A stretch of DNA of 64,000 nucleotides from positions 5,600,001 through 5,664,000 of the forward strand of contig CBDCXR010000004.1 in NCBI GenBank assembly GCA_965223845.1, given 5' to 3'. Positions 9,009 to 19,621 of this stretch are shown piece after piece. The number at the start of each line of letters is the position of its first letter. Positions within the stretch are counted from its first letter, which is position 1. This DNA is from Planctomycetota bacterium (lineage in GTDB: Bacteria; Planctomycetota; UBA8108; SXIK01). The notes below the pieces were generated by a model. The model was not told the origin of the DNA, did not search any database, and saw only the letters and a list, made by a program, of their open reading frames with translations. A program made the translations under genes and the position numbers.

Positions 9009-10295
9009 TCAGTGCTGAAACTCCGGCACCTCGGAAGGCTCGCGGCGAATGTGCGCGCCGAGTGAGCTGAGGCGGTGCTCGATCTGCTCGTAGCCGCGGT
9101 CGAGATGGTAGATGCGCTGCACCTCGGTGACGCCGGCCGCGACAAGCCCGGCGAGGAGAAGCGATGCGCTCGCGCGGAGATCGGAAGCCATCACCGGCGC
9201 ACCGCTCAGACAGGGCACGCCGGAGATAATCGCGCTCGGCCCTTCCTTCCGGACATTCGCTCCCATGCGCGCGAGCTCGGCGATGTGAATGAACCGATCG
9301 GGGTAGACCTTCTCCGTGATGATGCTGATCCCGTCGGCGAGGCTGAGAAGCGCCATCATCTGCGCCTGAAGGTCGGTCGGAAAGCCGGGATAGGGAAGCG
9401 TCGTCACATCGACCGCCCGGAATCCACCGTTCGATCTCACGCCGATCGAATCGCCTTCAGCGGTCACGTGGAGTCCGACTTGCCGAAGGATATCCGTCAC
9501 CGCCGCCATGTGGTCGGGCCGCGCCTTCCGAACGACGACGTCCCCGCGCGTGATCGCACCCGCGATGAGAAACGTCCCCGCTTCGATGCGGTCGGGAATC
9601 ACGGTGTACTCGACGCCGCCGAGCTCCGGTACGCCGTGGACGACGACCCGCGGCGTCCCGACGCCCTCGATGATCGCTCCCATCTTCGTGAGGCAGCCGG
9701 CGAGATCGACGATCTCCGGTTCGCACGCCGCCGCCTCGATGACCGTCGTCCCGTGCGCGAGCGTCGCGGCCATCATAATGTTCGCCGTCCCGAGGACGGT
9801 CGAGCCGAACGGCCCGCCGAGAAACACCGTCGCGCCCCGAAGCTCGTCGACCTCCGCCTCGACGTAGCCGTGGCGGATCCGGATGTTCGCTCCCAGCGCC
9901 GCGAGCCCCTTCAAGTGCAAATCGATGGGCCGCACCCCGAAGACGCAGCCGCCGGGAAGCGACACCTTCGCCCGCTTCCGCCGCGCGAGAAGCGGCCCCA
10001 GCGTGCACACCGACGCACGCATTTTGCTCACGTAGCTGTAAGGAGCGGTGTGCGGCTCCGAATCCTCCAGCTCGACCTCGATCGCCCCGTCCTGCCGCCG
10101 CTCGGCGTCCATGCCGAGGTCGCGGAGGATCTGTAGCGTGGTCGTGACGTCCTGAAGCTCGGGGACGTTCTGGATCCGGCACTTCTCATCGGTGAGAAGC
10201 GTCGAAAAAAGGATCGGCAAGGCCGCGTTCTTCGCCCCGCGGACTTCGACGCTACCCTCGAGCGGGATGCCTCCCTCGATGAGGAGCTTGTCCAT
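9009..10295 (-). CDS. murA: UDP-N-acetylglucosamine 1-carboxyvinyltransferase
   Basis: [43 protein letters not shown]. Confidence 0.97.
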   Translation of the reverse strand: MDKLLIEGGIPLEGSVEVRGAKNAALPILFSTLLTDEKCRIQNVPELQDVTTTLQILRDLGMDAERRQDGAIEVELEDSEPHTAPYSYVSKMRASVCTLGPLLARRKRAKVSLPGGCVFGVRPIDLHLKGLAALGANIRIRHGYVEAEVDELRGATVFLGGPFGSTVLGTANIMMAATLAHGTTVIEAAACEPEIVDLAGCLTKMGAIIEGVGTPRVVVHGVPELGGVEYTVIPDRIEAGTFLIAGAITRGDVVVRKARPDHMAAVTDILRQVGLHVTAEGDSIGVRSNGGFRAVDVTTLPYPGFPTDLQAQMMALLSLADGISIITEKVYPDRFIHIAELARMGANVRKEGPSAIISGVPCLSGAPVMASDLRASASLLLAGLVAAGVTEVQRIYHLDRGYEQIEHRLSSLGAHIRREPSEVPEFQH

Positions 10296-10581
10296 GGACC
10301 TTCACTTCCCTGTTTTCTCTTCGGGTTCTTCTCGCTTCGCCCACCGTCCCACCGGATTCGATGAGTACAGCGGGCGCACGCACGGCCTCCTCAGATCGCG
10401 CGCGAGGAACTCCGGAGCGGACAGGGGGAAAGCGAAGGCGCAACCGCCCGCTCGGGGCGGGCGATTCTAACGGCGCGCCGGAGCGAGGATCAACCGGAAA
10501 GGATCGTAGAGCGGCTCGCTGCTCGTTCCCGTCCCGAGGTGGGCGAGAGGTAGGCGGACACATCGAACGCCCCACGCCCCC

Positions 10582-11511
10582 TCACCCCCGCCCCACCACC
10601 ACGCGCTCGATGCCGCCGTAGTCCTTGATCACGCGCAGCGCGCCGAGTCCCGCGCGCAAGAGAGTTTCGCGCACGTCTCCGGCTTGGCCGTCTCCCACTT
10701 CGACGATGAGATGGCCGGCGGGCGCGAGGCGCTCGCGCGCAGCCGACGCGATCGCTCGGTAGTAGCCGAGTCCGTCGCGCTCGCGGCTCTTCTCGTCGAC
10801 GAGCGCCGCGCGCGGTTCGTGGTCTCGGACCTCGGGCATCAGGTCGCCGTACTCGCTCTCCGCGACGTACGGTGGATTCGAGACGATGACGTCGTAGCGG
10901 CGATCGATCGGGAGCGGCGCGAAGAGATCGCCGGCGAACAACTCGACGCGCGAAGCGACGTCGTGAGCGCGGGCGTTTCGCTCCGCGACGGCAAGGGCAT
11001 CGGCGCTCGCGTCGACGGCGTCCACGCTCGCGTAGGAGCAACTCTTCGCGATGGCGATTGCGATATTCCCTGCGCCCGTTCCGAGGTCGAGAACTCTCCT
11101 CGCCTCCGGTGCGGCCGGAACGCAATCCTCGCCCCCGTCCGGCACGTCCCGCCCGAGCGCCTCGAGCGCGGCATCGACCAGGTGCTCCGTTTCCGGCCGG
11201 GGAATGAGCACCGCCGGTGTCACTTCGAACGCGAGCGAATAGAACTCCTTCGTCCCGAGGATATACGCGACCGGTTCACGCTTTCCGCGCCTCGCGACGG
11301 ATGCGCGAAACTCCGCGCGCTCCTTACCCTCGACCGGACGCTGGAATCCGGTGTAGAGCTCCATGCGCGTGCAGCCGAGCGCCGCCGCGAGAAGGAGCTC
11401 CGCGTCGAGGCGCGGCGAAGCGCACTCGGCTCGGCGGAAGTAGTCCTCGGTCCACGCGAGGAGCTCCTTCACCGTCCACACATTCGGCGCTTCCGGTTGC
11501 GGCGCGATCAC
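10582..11511 (-). CDS. prmC: Release factor glutamine methyltransferase
   Basis: [22 protein letters not shown]; overlaps the prfA stop. Confidence 0.95.
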   Translation of the reverse strand: MIAPQPEAPNVWTVKELLAWTEDYFRRAECASPRLDAELLLAAALGCTRMELYTGFQRPVEGKERAEFRASVARRGKREPVAYILGTKEFYSLAFEVTPAVLIPRPETEHLVDAALEALGRDVPDGGEDCVPAAPEARRVLDLGTGAGNIAIAIAKSCSYASVDAVDASADALAVAERNARAHDVASRVELFAGDLFAPLPIDRRYDVIVSNPPYVAESEYGDLMPEVRDHEPRAALVDEKSRERDGLGYYRAIASAARERLAPAGHLIVEVGDGQAGDVRETLLRAGLGALRVIKDYGGIERVVVGRG

Positions 11512-12590
11512 AACGCCTTCAGCCGCTCCTCGCGATCGCGCGCACGCAGCGCTTCGAACACCGGCTCGAGAGCGCCTTCATGAACCACCTTCTCGAGGTT
11601 GAAGTTCTGTCCGATGCGGTGATCCGTCACGCGGTTCTGAGGAAAATTGTACGTGCGGACGCGCTGACTGCGGTCGCCGGAGCCGATCTGACTCCGCCGT
11701 TCGGACTGTTCCTTCTCGAGTCGCTCCGACTCAAAGTGCTCGTAGAGCCGGCTTCGGAGGACGCGCATCGCCCGCGCGCGGTTCTTGTGCTGAGACGACT
11801 CTTCTTGAATCGCGACGACGATGCCCGTCGGCTCGTGAGTGAGGCGAACGGCCGATGACGTCTTGTTGACCTTTTGCCCGCCGGGTCCCGATGCGCAGTA
11901 AAAGTCCACGCGGACGTCGGCGTCCTTGATGTCGACTTCGACCTCTTCGGGCTCCCCCATGACCGCGACCGTCGCCGCCGACGTGTGGATGCGCCCGCTC
12001 GTTTCCGTCTCCGGCACACGCTGCACGCGGTGACCGCCCATCTCGTAACGGAGATCGCGGAAGACCGCCTCGCCCGTAACGCTGAAGACGATCGTCTTGA
12101 AGCCGCCGAGATCCGTCGGCGAGGCATCGAGGAGCTCGATCTTCCAGCTGCGCCTCTCGGCGAGACGCGAGTACATGCGGAAGAGATCGCCGGCAAAGAG
12201 CGCGGCTTCATCGCCGCCTGTCCCCGCGCGGATCTCCATGATCACGTTTCGCTCGGAGTCCTTGTCTTCGACGAGGACCGCTTCGAGGATCTCGGCCGAC
12301 AGTTGCTCGAGCTCCGGCCCGATGCGCTCGACCTCCTCGCGCGCGAGCGCGCGGAACTCCTCGTCCTCGTCGCTCGAGCCGGCGAGTTCCTCGTTCTCGC
12401 GGAGATCGCTCGCGAGCTCGCGGTACCGCCGGAACCGCCCGACCTTCTTCGCGAGTCCGCCGAGCTCCCGCGAGTGCGCGCGATAGAGCGACGGATTCGC
12501 GATCACATCCGGTGAGCTCACGAGCTGCTCGAGCTCGTCGTGACGAGCGATCAGTTCGTCGAGCTTCTTTTCGACCAGCTCAGGGAGCAT
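11508..12590 (-). CDS. prfA: Peptide chain release factor 1
   Basis: [15 protein letters not shown] (PxT, RF1 type), [14 protein letters not shown]. Confidence 0.97.
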   Translation of the reverse strand: MLPELVEKKLDELIARHDELEQLVSSPDVIANPSLYRAHSRELGGLAKKVGRFRRYRELASDLRENEELAGSSDEDEEFRALAREEVERIGPELEQLSAEILEAVLVEDKDSERNVIMEIRAGTGGDEAALFAGDLFRMYSRLAERRSWKIELLDASPTDLGGFKTIVFSVTGEAVFRDLRYEMGGHRVQRVPETETSGRIHTSAATVAVMGEPEEVEVDIKDADVRVDFYCASGPGGQKVNKTSSAVRLTHEPTGIVVAIQEESSQHKNRARAMRVLRSRLYEHFESERLEKEQSERRSQIGSGDRSQRVRTYNFPQNRVTDHRIGQNFNLEKVVHEGALEPVFEALRARDREERLKAL

Positions 12591-12875
12591 CGCGGGTCTC
12601 GCGCGGAACCGCTCACTCGGCGGCGGGCGGAATGGAGGCAGCGCCCAGCGGCCCCTCGGGCATCGGCGCAAGGTTTCGATCGAACCCGCGGCCGTTCGGG
12701 ACGATCTCGACGACCGGCGGGAACGGGGACAGGTTCGAACCCGGAACCAGACACGCATCCGCATATCCGGTTAGCGACATAGCATCGGCGAGAATCCGCC
12801 GGGCGGCAAGATCGGCGCCCGCGCTCACGCGAGTTCGTCGATCGGAGCGCCGCACACTCGTCGAAACCGAGTGAG

Positions 12876-13286
12876 TCAGGACTTCTCGGCGTCGGGCTTC
12901 GCTTCTTCTGCGGGCTTCGCGTCGCCGCCCTTCGCGTCCCCCGGGGCGCCCTTCGACTTCGCGTCCTTCTTCCCCTCGTCCTCCTCGCCCTTCTTCCTCT
13001 TCCGTCCGCGCGGGTCGAGCGACACTTTCTCGCGGCCCGCGCGTCGCGACGACTTCTTCTCGGTAAGGAGCTTGTCCTTCTGCTCGTTGCTCCAAGCGTG
13101 GCGCCGCTGGAACTTTTCGACGCGTCCGGCCGCATCGACGAACTTCTGCTTCCCCGTGTAGAAGGGATGGCAGGCGGAGCAGATTTCGACCGTGAGCGTC
13201 GGGACGGTCGCCCGAGTCTCGAAGCTGTTGCCGCAGCCACACGTAACGGTGCACTCGACGTAACGGGGGTGGATCTTCGGTTTCAT
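12876..13286 (-). CDS. rpmE: 50S ribosomal protein L31 (Cys/Zn type) with a long charged C-terminal tail
   Basis: [38 protein letters not shown]. Confidence 0.96.
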   Translation of the reverse strand: MKPKIHPRYVECTVTCGCGNSFETRATVPTLTVEICSACHPFYTGKQKFVDAAGRVEKFQRRHAWSNEQKDKLLTEKKSSRRAGREKVSLDPRGRKRKKGEEDEGKKDAKSKGAPGDAKGGDAKPAEEAKPDAEKS

Positions 13287-13414
13287 CGGTCTTTCCCTGG
13301 CGCGTAGCCGCTTGCGCCTAGCTTGTTCGAGGAGACGGCTCGTGGACGAGATGCCACCGGCGCCGGCGACGCTTGCGCTCCGAAGCAAGACGACCGACCC
13401 GGCGGAAGCCGACC

Positions 13415-13443
13415 ACTATACTGAGTGCCCGGCGACGCATCAA
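13415..13443 (-). promoter_or_regulatory. Sigma70-type promoter for rpmE-prfA-prmC
   Basis: Minus strand TTGATG-17 nt-TATAGT, ~130 bp upstream of rpmE. Confidence 0.6.
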
Positions 13444-13525
13444 ACCACATTCCCGCGCGGTTCCGCGCATCGTGGATGAGCGTGCAACTCGATCCACTGA
13501 GGCGAGTTACGACCGCCCGGCGCCT

Positions 13526-14827
13526 CTAAGCGGTCTCCCGCCGGTTTTTCTTTCGCGCTACGCGCTTCCCCCGGGCGAACGTCTTCTGACGGACGAGCTC
13601 CGGCGTGACGACGTACTCGGCGATCTTTTCGGCGTGGTCGGGGATCTCGAAGAGCGCATCGAGCATGACGTTCTCGACGATCGCGCGCAGTCCCCGCGCC
13701 CCCGTGCCGCGGCCGGCGGCGAGCTTCGCGATGTCGCGAAGCGCCTTGTCCGTGAACGTGAGCTCGACGTCGACCAGGCGGAAGAGCGCCTGATACTGCC
13801 GGACGATCGCGTCCTTCGGCTCGAGGAGGATGCGCACGAGCTCGTCTTCGGTCAGCGGATCGAGCGTGCTGAGGAGCGGGAGCCGCCCGAGGAACTCGGG
13901 GATCATGCCGAACTGGATGAGATCCTCGACCTCGACCTGACGGAGGAGATCGCGACGCGCCTCGAGATCTTCGCGATGGGTCTCACCGAAGACTGGGTTG
14001 AATCCGATCCGCTTCTTACCGATGCGGTTTGCGATGATCTCCTCGAGCCCCGAGAACGTCCCGCCGACGATGAAGAGGATGTTGCGCGTGTCGACCTGGA
14101 TGTACTGCTGCTCGGGATGCTTACGCCCGCCCTGCGGCGGCACGTTCGCAACGGTGCCCTCGAGCATCTTGAGAAGGCTCTGCTGAACGCCCTCGCCCGA
14201 GACGTCACGCGTGATGGAGACGTTTTGTGTCGCGCGCGCGACCTTGTCGATCTCGTCGACGAAGATGATTCCCTGCTCGGCGCGCTCGACGTCGAAGTCG
14301 GCTGCCTGGAGAAGCTTGAGGATCAGGTTCTCGACGTCCTCGCCGACGTACCCGGCTTCGGTGAGCGTCGTCGCGTCGCCGATGGCGAACGGAACCTGAA
14401 GGATCTCGGCCATCGTCCGCGCGAGCGCGGTCTTACCGCAACCCGTCGGTCCGATCAGAAGAATGTTCGTCTTCTCGATCTCGACGTCGGCGCTCTTCGT
14501 CGTGTCCTGGAGGAGCAGCCGCTTGTAGTGGTTGTGAACGGCGACCGAGAGGATCTTCTTTGCGTGTTCCTGGCCGACGATGCGCTCGCTGAGGCGTGCA
14601 AGGATCGTGCGAGGCGTCGGAATCTGCTCGAGATAGAGCGGCGGCGGCGCCTGCCCGGAGTGCTCGTCCTCGTGGAGGATCGAGTGACAGATCTCGACGC
14701 AGCGATTGCAGATGTAGATCGTGGGGCGCCCAGCGATGAGCTTGTCGACTTCGTGCTTCGTCGAATCGCAGAACGCACAGCGCTCGACGTTGTCTCGCTT
14801 TCGTCCGCCCCCTCCACTTCGTGTCAT
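13526..14827 (-). CDS. clpX: ATP-dependent Clp protease ATP-binding subunit ClpX
   Basis: Zn finger CAFC...[31 protein letters not shown] loop, TGARGLR. Confidence 0.97.
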   Translation of the reverse strand: MTRSGGGGRKRDNVERCAFCDSTKHEVDKLIAGRPTIYICNRCVEICHSILHEDEHSGQAPPPLYLEQIPTPRTILARLSERIVGQEHAKKILSVAVHNHYKRLLLQDTTKSADVEIEKTNILLIGPTGCGKTALARTMAEILQVPFAIGDATTLTEAGYVGEDVENLILKLLQAADFDVERAEQGIIFVDEIDKVARATQNVSITRDVSGEGVQQSLLKMLEGTVANVPPQGGRKHPEQQYIQVDTRNILFIVGGTFSGLEEIIANRIGKKRIGFNPVFGETHREDLEARRDLLRQVEVEDLIQFGMIPEFLGRLPLLSTLDPLTEDELVRILLEPKDAIVRQYQALFRLVDVELTFTDKALRDIAKLAAGRGTGARGLRAIVENVMLDALFEIPDHAEKIAEYVVTPELVRQKTFARGKRVARKKNRRETA

Positions 14828-15177
14828 GAGAACACCGCCAGGTTTTAGATTGCCCCCCGCGTTCGCCGGCTCACCGTGTGCGCCGGCGTCCGACACCCAC
14901 ATCTATGGTGTCCCCGCGACACGCTAGAGTCCAGCTAGAACACGACGAGCGAGCGACGGAGACCGCCGGAAGGCGCACTTGACGAAGCGACCTGTTCGCG
15001 TTGTGAAGCGCGCGTCCACGCGCTTCGGAAGCGGCGAACGCAAGCCATCTCCGTGATGTTCGAGTGATGACGCAGCGGAGCCGCGCGTGACCGCGCTCGG
15101 AAAATGAGAGATCGGTGAAAGGGCGAACGCCCTCGCAAGGGAAAGTTCGTCTCCGAAGAAGCGCGTCGCGCTTACTC

Positions 15178-15780
15178 CTAGTCCGTCTTTCCCTTGAGCG
15201 TCTCGATCACTTCGTCGACGAGGCCGTACTCGAGCGCCTCGTTCGGCGTCATGAAATTATCGCGGTCGCTGTCCGCGGTGACGTCGTCGACCGAGCGCCC
15301 GGTGTGGGTCGCGAGAATACGCGAGAGCACTTCCTTGTTGCGGCCGAGCTCGCGCGCCTGAATCTCGATGTCCGCCGCCGTACCACCCGTGCCGCCCCAC
15401 GGCTGATGGATCATGATTCGCGCGTGCGGAAGCGAATGACGCTTCCCCTTCGTCCCGGCGGAAAGAAGCACCGCGCCCATGCTCGCCGCCTGTCCGATGC
15501 AGTACGTCGCGATGTCGCACGGCACGAACTGCATCGTGTCGTAGATCGCGAGGCCGGCGGTCACAGAGCCGCCGGGACTGTTGATGTAGACATTGATGTC
15601 CTGATTCTTGTTCTCGCTCATGAGAAACAGAATCTGGGCGATAACGAGCGACGCCGAGTAGTCGTCGATCGACGGGCCGATGAAGATAATCCGGTCCTTC
15701 AGCAGCCGCGAGTAAATGTCGTAGGAACGTTCACCGCGCCCGGTCTTCTCGATGACGATGGGAACAAGGTTGGCGTTCAT
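15178..15780 (-). CDS. clpP: ATP-dependent Clp protease proteolytic subunit
   Basis: [29 protein letters not shown]. Confidence 0.97.
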   Translation of the reverse strand: MNANLVPIVIEKTGRGERSYDIYSRLLKDRIIFIGPSIDDYSASLVIAQILFLMSENKNQDINVYINSPGGSVTAGLAIYDTMQFVPCDIATYCIGQAASMGAVLLSAGTKGKRHSLPHARIMIHQPWGGTGGTAADIEIQARELGRNKEVLSRILATHTGRSVDDVTADSDRDNFMTPNEALEYGLVDEVIETLKGKTD

Positions 15781-15958
15781 TCGAGATGGCTCCTGGTTGC
15801 TCTAATCAGCCTCGAGAAGTCGGGGGCGCCGCGGTCGAGTGCGGACGAACACCGGGGCGGCGTCGACCGCCTTCCTCCCGGAGGTTCGACCTCGAGCGCA
15901 CTGGATAGTTCGGCAGAAGGGGCCCGGAGAGTTCACGCTTCCATCGCTTCCGCGGGCG

Positions 15959-17533
15959 CTACTGGGAGTCTGAGTCGTCGCCGGCGGCAGCACCCGCCTC
16001 GGAATCACTCGCCGGCTCGTCTCCCGTCTCCGCCGTCGCTTCGCCCTGGATATCGGCCTTCTTGCGGAGAAAATCGCGCACCTTTTCGTGCCGAATCGAC
16101 TGACGAATCTCGCCGAGCTGGCCGCGGCGCTCGAGCATGTCGCGCAGGAATTCGGGAGTCGTCCCATAACTCGGGGCGAGAGAGGCGAGTTCGCGATCCA
16201 CCGCCGACTCCGTCGCAAAGATCTTCTCCTTTTCGGCGATGGCCTCGAGGATGAAGTACTTCTTCGCGCTCAACCGAATCTCGGCGTCACCCTCGGTGTC
16301 TTCGGCCGCCTCCTTCGCGACCGTTTCCTTGGCCTCCTCCGCAGGAACGCCCTCGGCGAGGAGCTCACGCTCGCGTTCCGAGCTCCGGCGACGCACTTGC
16401 TCGCGGACGAGCGCCTCGGGTACGTCCATCTCCGTTTGCTCGGCTAGCTTCGTGAGAACGCCATCGGCGATCGCGTGCTCGGCCTGTCGCTTCGCTCGCG
16501 TTTCGAGCGACTCGCGGATCTCGGTGCGCAGCTCCTCCACCGATTCCTTCTCCCAAGCCGCGACGATCTCGTCGACCTCGGGGAGCTTCGATCGCATCGC
16601 CTCGCCGTCGAGCGTCAGCTCGAGAGCGAGCTCGCGCCCGCGAAGAACCTCGTCCGGGTAGTGCGCCGGAACCGTCACCTCGACTCGGATCGGCTCCCGA
16701 TCCTCCGGCTCCCCGCCGAGCTCTTTCCATTTTGCGACTCGGTCCGCGAGATCTTCGATCAAGAAATGATCGAACACCTTCGAATCCGGACGGAACGTCG
16801 CGTCCTTGCCCGAGTTCACCTCGGTGTCGCCGTCGAGCAGCCGGTACGCCGCCTGATGCCGGTCGTCGGCGTTCGCGCTGTCGACCGCGATCGGCTCGCC
16901 CTTCGCGCTTCGTCGCCGAATATTCTCGAGAGCCTCGTCGACGTCGCCGTCCGATACGGCGTGCGACACGGCCTCGACTTCCACGCCCTTGTAGCTCGGC
17001 AGCTCGAAGTCCGGCCGCACCTCAAACGTCGCTTCGTAGGTGAAATCGGACTCGGCGTCGCCGCCGGACGAGAACGTCACCTTGTCGAACTCCGGCCGGG
17101 AGAACACCTCGAGCTCTTTTTCCTCGACCACCTCCGCAAACGATGTGTGGAGGATGGATTCGCGGACTTCGGCTTCGATCTCCTCGCCGTAGCGGGCCTC
17201 GAGAAGCTGACGCGGAACGCGCCCCTTGCGAAATCCGCGGATCTGCACGCTCTTGGCGAGCTCGCGGTAGCTCTCTTCTAGTTCACGCTCGACGTTGTCG
17301 CGAGGCACCCGCGCGACCATACGCCGCTTGCAGCCGCCGAGATCCGTGATCTCCGCCATCGTCCCGAGCGAATCGTCCTCGTCGGCATCGCCCCCATCGC
17401 CCGCGTCTTCATGCGCGGGGTTCGAGGCATCCGCCTCCGCGGCATCGCTCTCGATGTCCGTCACGTCCCGCGCGTCGTCCGGCGCTCCGGTCGGATCGGG
17501 GGTCCCCGTGGGATTCTCCGTCTCGGTCGGCAT
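15959..17533 (-). CDS. tig: Trigger factor
   Basis: Ribosome-binding loop GFRKGRVP, FEVRPDFELPSYKG, tig-clpP-clpX order. Confidence 0.92.
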   Translation of the reverse strand: MPTETENPTGTPDPTGAPDDARDVTDIESDAAEADASNPAHEDAGDGGDADEDDSLGTMAEITDLGGCKRRMVARVPRDNVERELEESYRELAKSVQIRGFRKGRVPRQLLEARYGEEIEAEVRESILHTSFAEVVEEKELEVFSRPEFDKVTFSSGGDAESDFTYEATFEVRPDFELPSYKGVEVEAVSHAVSDGDVDEALENIRRRSAKGEPIAVDSANADDRHQAAYRLLDGDTEVNSGKDATFRPDSKVFDHFLIEDLADRVAKWKELGGEPEDREPIRVEVTVPAHYPDEVLRGRELALELTLDGEAMRSKLPEVDEIVAAWEKESVEELRTEIRESLETRAKRQAEHAIADGVLTKLAEQTEMDVPEALVREQVRRRSSERERELLAEGVPAEEAKETVAKEAAEDTEGDAEIRLSAKKYFILEAIAEKEKIFATESAVDRELASLAPSYGTTPEFLRDMLERRGQLGEIRQSIRHEKVRDFLRKKADIQGEATAETGDEPASDSEAGAAAGDDSDSQ

Positions 17534-17670
17534 CGATCCTCTGTTCCTCATTGACCAAAGAAGACGCTCTCCGCCGCGAGCGGACGGCCGCACTCTGCGC
17601 GACGTTCGCGGTCGACCCCACCGGTGGTCACGGCAAACGACTCGGGTGGGTCGACGATGCGGGCGAGTCG

Positions 17671-17705
17671 ACAAAACAAACCGGCGACTCGAACGGGGAG
17701 TCGCC
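17671..17705 (-). terminator. Intrinsic terminator-like hairpin with U-rich tract in the tig leader
   Basis: Minus strand GGCGACTC-CCCGTTC-GAGTCGCC followed by GGTTTGTTTTGT. Confidence 0.6.
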
Positions 17706-17952
17706 GACGACGAGCCGCTGGATCGCCAGCCGCGCTGCGCCGGGCGGAAGCGCACCGGAACCTATTCCGCCACCGCAGGATCTGAATCGAGCGTCGGATG
17801 AGCGGCCACCCTGATCTTCACCGGGCCGAAAGCACTCCTCCGGCCGGTGCGGCGCCACCTCCTTGTCGGTTTACGCCCTACGGCGGCTCGCCGCTGCGCT
17901 CACCGAATCCGGCGAGAACTCCGGGTTAGCTGCTCCCCGAGCGAGTTACCGG
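17681..17952 (-). ncRNA. Candidate structured RNA or leader, unassigned
   Basis: Promoter upstream, terminator downstream, nested long-range helices 17933-17952/17681-17700, 17883-17894/17707-17718 and 17844-17850/17752-17758. Confidence 0.5.
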
Positions 17953-17953
17953 T

Positions 17954-17981
17954 AATATATCCTCGCTTCGAAAGAGTGCAA
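17954..17981 (-). promoter_or_regulatory. Sigma70-type promoter pointing toward the structured RNA and tig
   Basis: Minus strand TTGCAC-16 nt-TATATT. Confidence 0.55.
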
Positions 17982-18117
17982 TACGCCCACCCCGAATCCA
18001 AGCGGTGACGCCGCTCCGGTCGTGGTAGAAGGGCCCGTTTCGCCACGCCGCCCAGACGAGCCCGAGCTCCGCTCGAAGGCGCGCGACCGCCAACTCCCTC
18101 CGTGTAGCTCCGCGCGC

Positions 18118-19392
18118 ATGATCAAAAAGACCGAAGAAGTGCTCAGCGTTGAAGGCCTCGTGATCAACGATCCGCCGAGCGGCGACAGCGAGTTCTCGCG
18201 ACGGCGGATCGAAATCGATCGAGCGACGGGGAAGATCTCGACCGTCGGGCCGCCGCAAGGTTCCGGAGATCTCGTGCTCGACGACGACGCGCGGATCTTT
18301 CCCGGACTTATCGACGTCCACATCCACGCGCGCGAGGACGTCACGGGAAAGGAAAGCTACAAAGAAGACTTCGGTTCCGCGGGGCGGGCGGCGATCCACG
18401 GCGGCGTCACGGCGGTCGCGGAGATGCCGAACAACCCGGTCGCTCCCGTCGACGACGACTCCTACCGCGACAAGCGCGCGCTGACGAAGTCGAGTCCGGC
18501 CGACGTGCTGCTCTACGCCGGAATCGGTCCGGCGACGAGTCCGCTCAGCTTCCCCGTTCCGTACAAGGCGTTTATGGGCCCGAGCGTGGGGCAACTCTTC
18601 TTTCGCTCGGACCCTGAGCTGCGCGACGCGCTCGCTCGCTATCGGGGCCACCGTGTTTCATTTCACGCGGAGGCTCCCGAAATCCTCGACGCGTCCAAGA
18701 ACGAGCCGACACACGCGCGCCGACGCCCCCCCGAAGCCGAGATCGTCGCGATCGAGCGCGTGCTCGAAATGTGCGACGGATTCGACATCGAGGCGAATAT
18801 CTGCCACGTGTCGACGGCCGGCGGTCTCGAAGCGATCCGCGACGCCCGAGCGCGCGGACAGAAGGTGACCTGCGAAGTGACGCCGCATCATCTTTACTTC
18901 GATCAAGACATCGCGGCGAGCTTTCGCGAGCCGGGCTTCCTTCAGTGCAATCCGCCCATTCGGACGCGGCTCGATCGCATCGCGCTTCTCGAAGGCCTGA
19001 AAAGCGGCGACATCGACTACTTCGCCACCGATCACGCGCCGCATACGCTCGAGGAGAACGAGCGCGGAATCAGCGGCATGCCCCACCTCGATACGTTCGC
19101 GCCGTTTCTCTTCTGGCTGCGAGACGAGGGCGTCTCGTGGAACGCGATCTTCGGCGCCTGCTGCCGCCGGCCGGGCGAGCTCCTCAGCCGCTACCTCCCC
19201 GACCTCTACGGCCGCGTCGCCGAAGGATTCGTCGGTTCGCTCAGCGTGCTTCGCATGTCACCGACTCCGGTGCGACGAGGCCACCTCGAGACGCGCGCCG
19301 GCTGGTCGCCGTTTGAAGGCGTCGAGTTTTCCGGCGCGGCGAGTCACACCATCGTGCGCGGAACGCTCTACACGAACGAAGCGAGCGACTGA
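18118..19392 (+). CDS. pyrC: Dihydroorotase-family amidohydrolase
   Basis: PGLIDVHIHARE, GGVTAVAEMPNN, CEVTPHHL, NPPIR, TDHAPH. Confidence 0.78.
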   Translation: MIKKTEEVLSVEGLVINDPPSGDSEFSRRRIEIDRATGKISTVGPPQGSGDLVLDDDARIFPGLIDVHIHAREDVTGKESYKEDFGSAGRAAIHGGVTAVAEMPNNPVAPVDDDSYRDKRALTKSSPADVLLYAGIGPATSPLSFPVPYKAFMGPSVGQLFFRSDPELRDALARYRGHRVSFHAEAPEILDASKNEPTHARRRPPEAEIVAIERVLEMCDGFDIEANICHVSTAGGLEAIRDARARGQKVTCEVTPHHLYFDQDIAASFREPGFLQCNPPIRTRLDRIALLEGLKSGDIDYFATDHAPHTLEENERGISGMPHLDTFAPFLFWLRDEGVSWNAIFGACCRRPGELLSRYLPDLYGRVAEGFVGSLSVLRMSPTPVRRGHLETRAGWSPFEGVEFSGAASHTIVRGTLYTNEASD

Positions 19393-19621
19393 CTTCCGCG
19401 CCGCTCGTCCCGCGCTCAAGTTCCGAGAAGCTGGCGCGGAGCATCGTCGGCGACGCGCCGCAGGCGTCGTGCATCGCTCACGCACATTCTCGGAACTCTC
19501 GCAAGCCGCGGAGCCGAGAACCCGCGCGTTTGGCCGCGTCTCGCCGCGCGTTGTACTCTCTGATGCCGGTTGCGAGCCCGACCGGAACACGAGACCGACA
19601 TCTCGGGACGCGGGGACACTG

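Noticed and set aside
9009-10295. Fosfomycin-resistant MurA
   Set aside because: The active-site Cys (LPGGC) is retained.
11508-12590. RF2 with a programmed frameshift
   Set aside because: PxT motif, continuous frame and prmC linkage identify RF1.
17534-18117. tRNA upstream of tig, c-di-GMP-I riboswitch or SRP RNA
   Set aside because: No cloverleaf or T-loop/CCA; fragments such as GGCAAAC, TTCGAAAGAGTG and GGAGCAGC occur but not in the required order or spacing.
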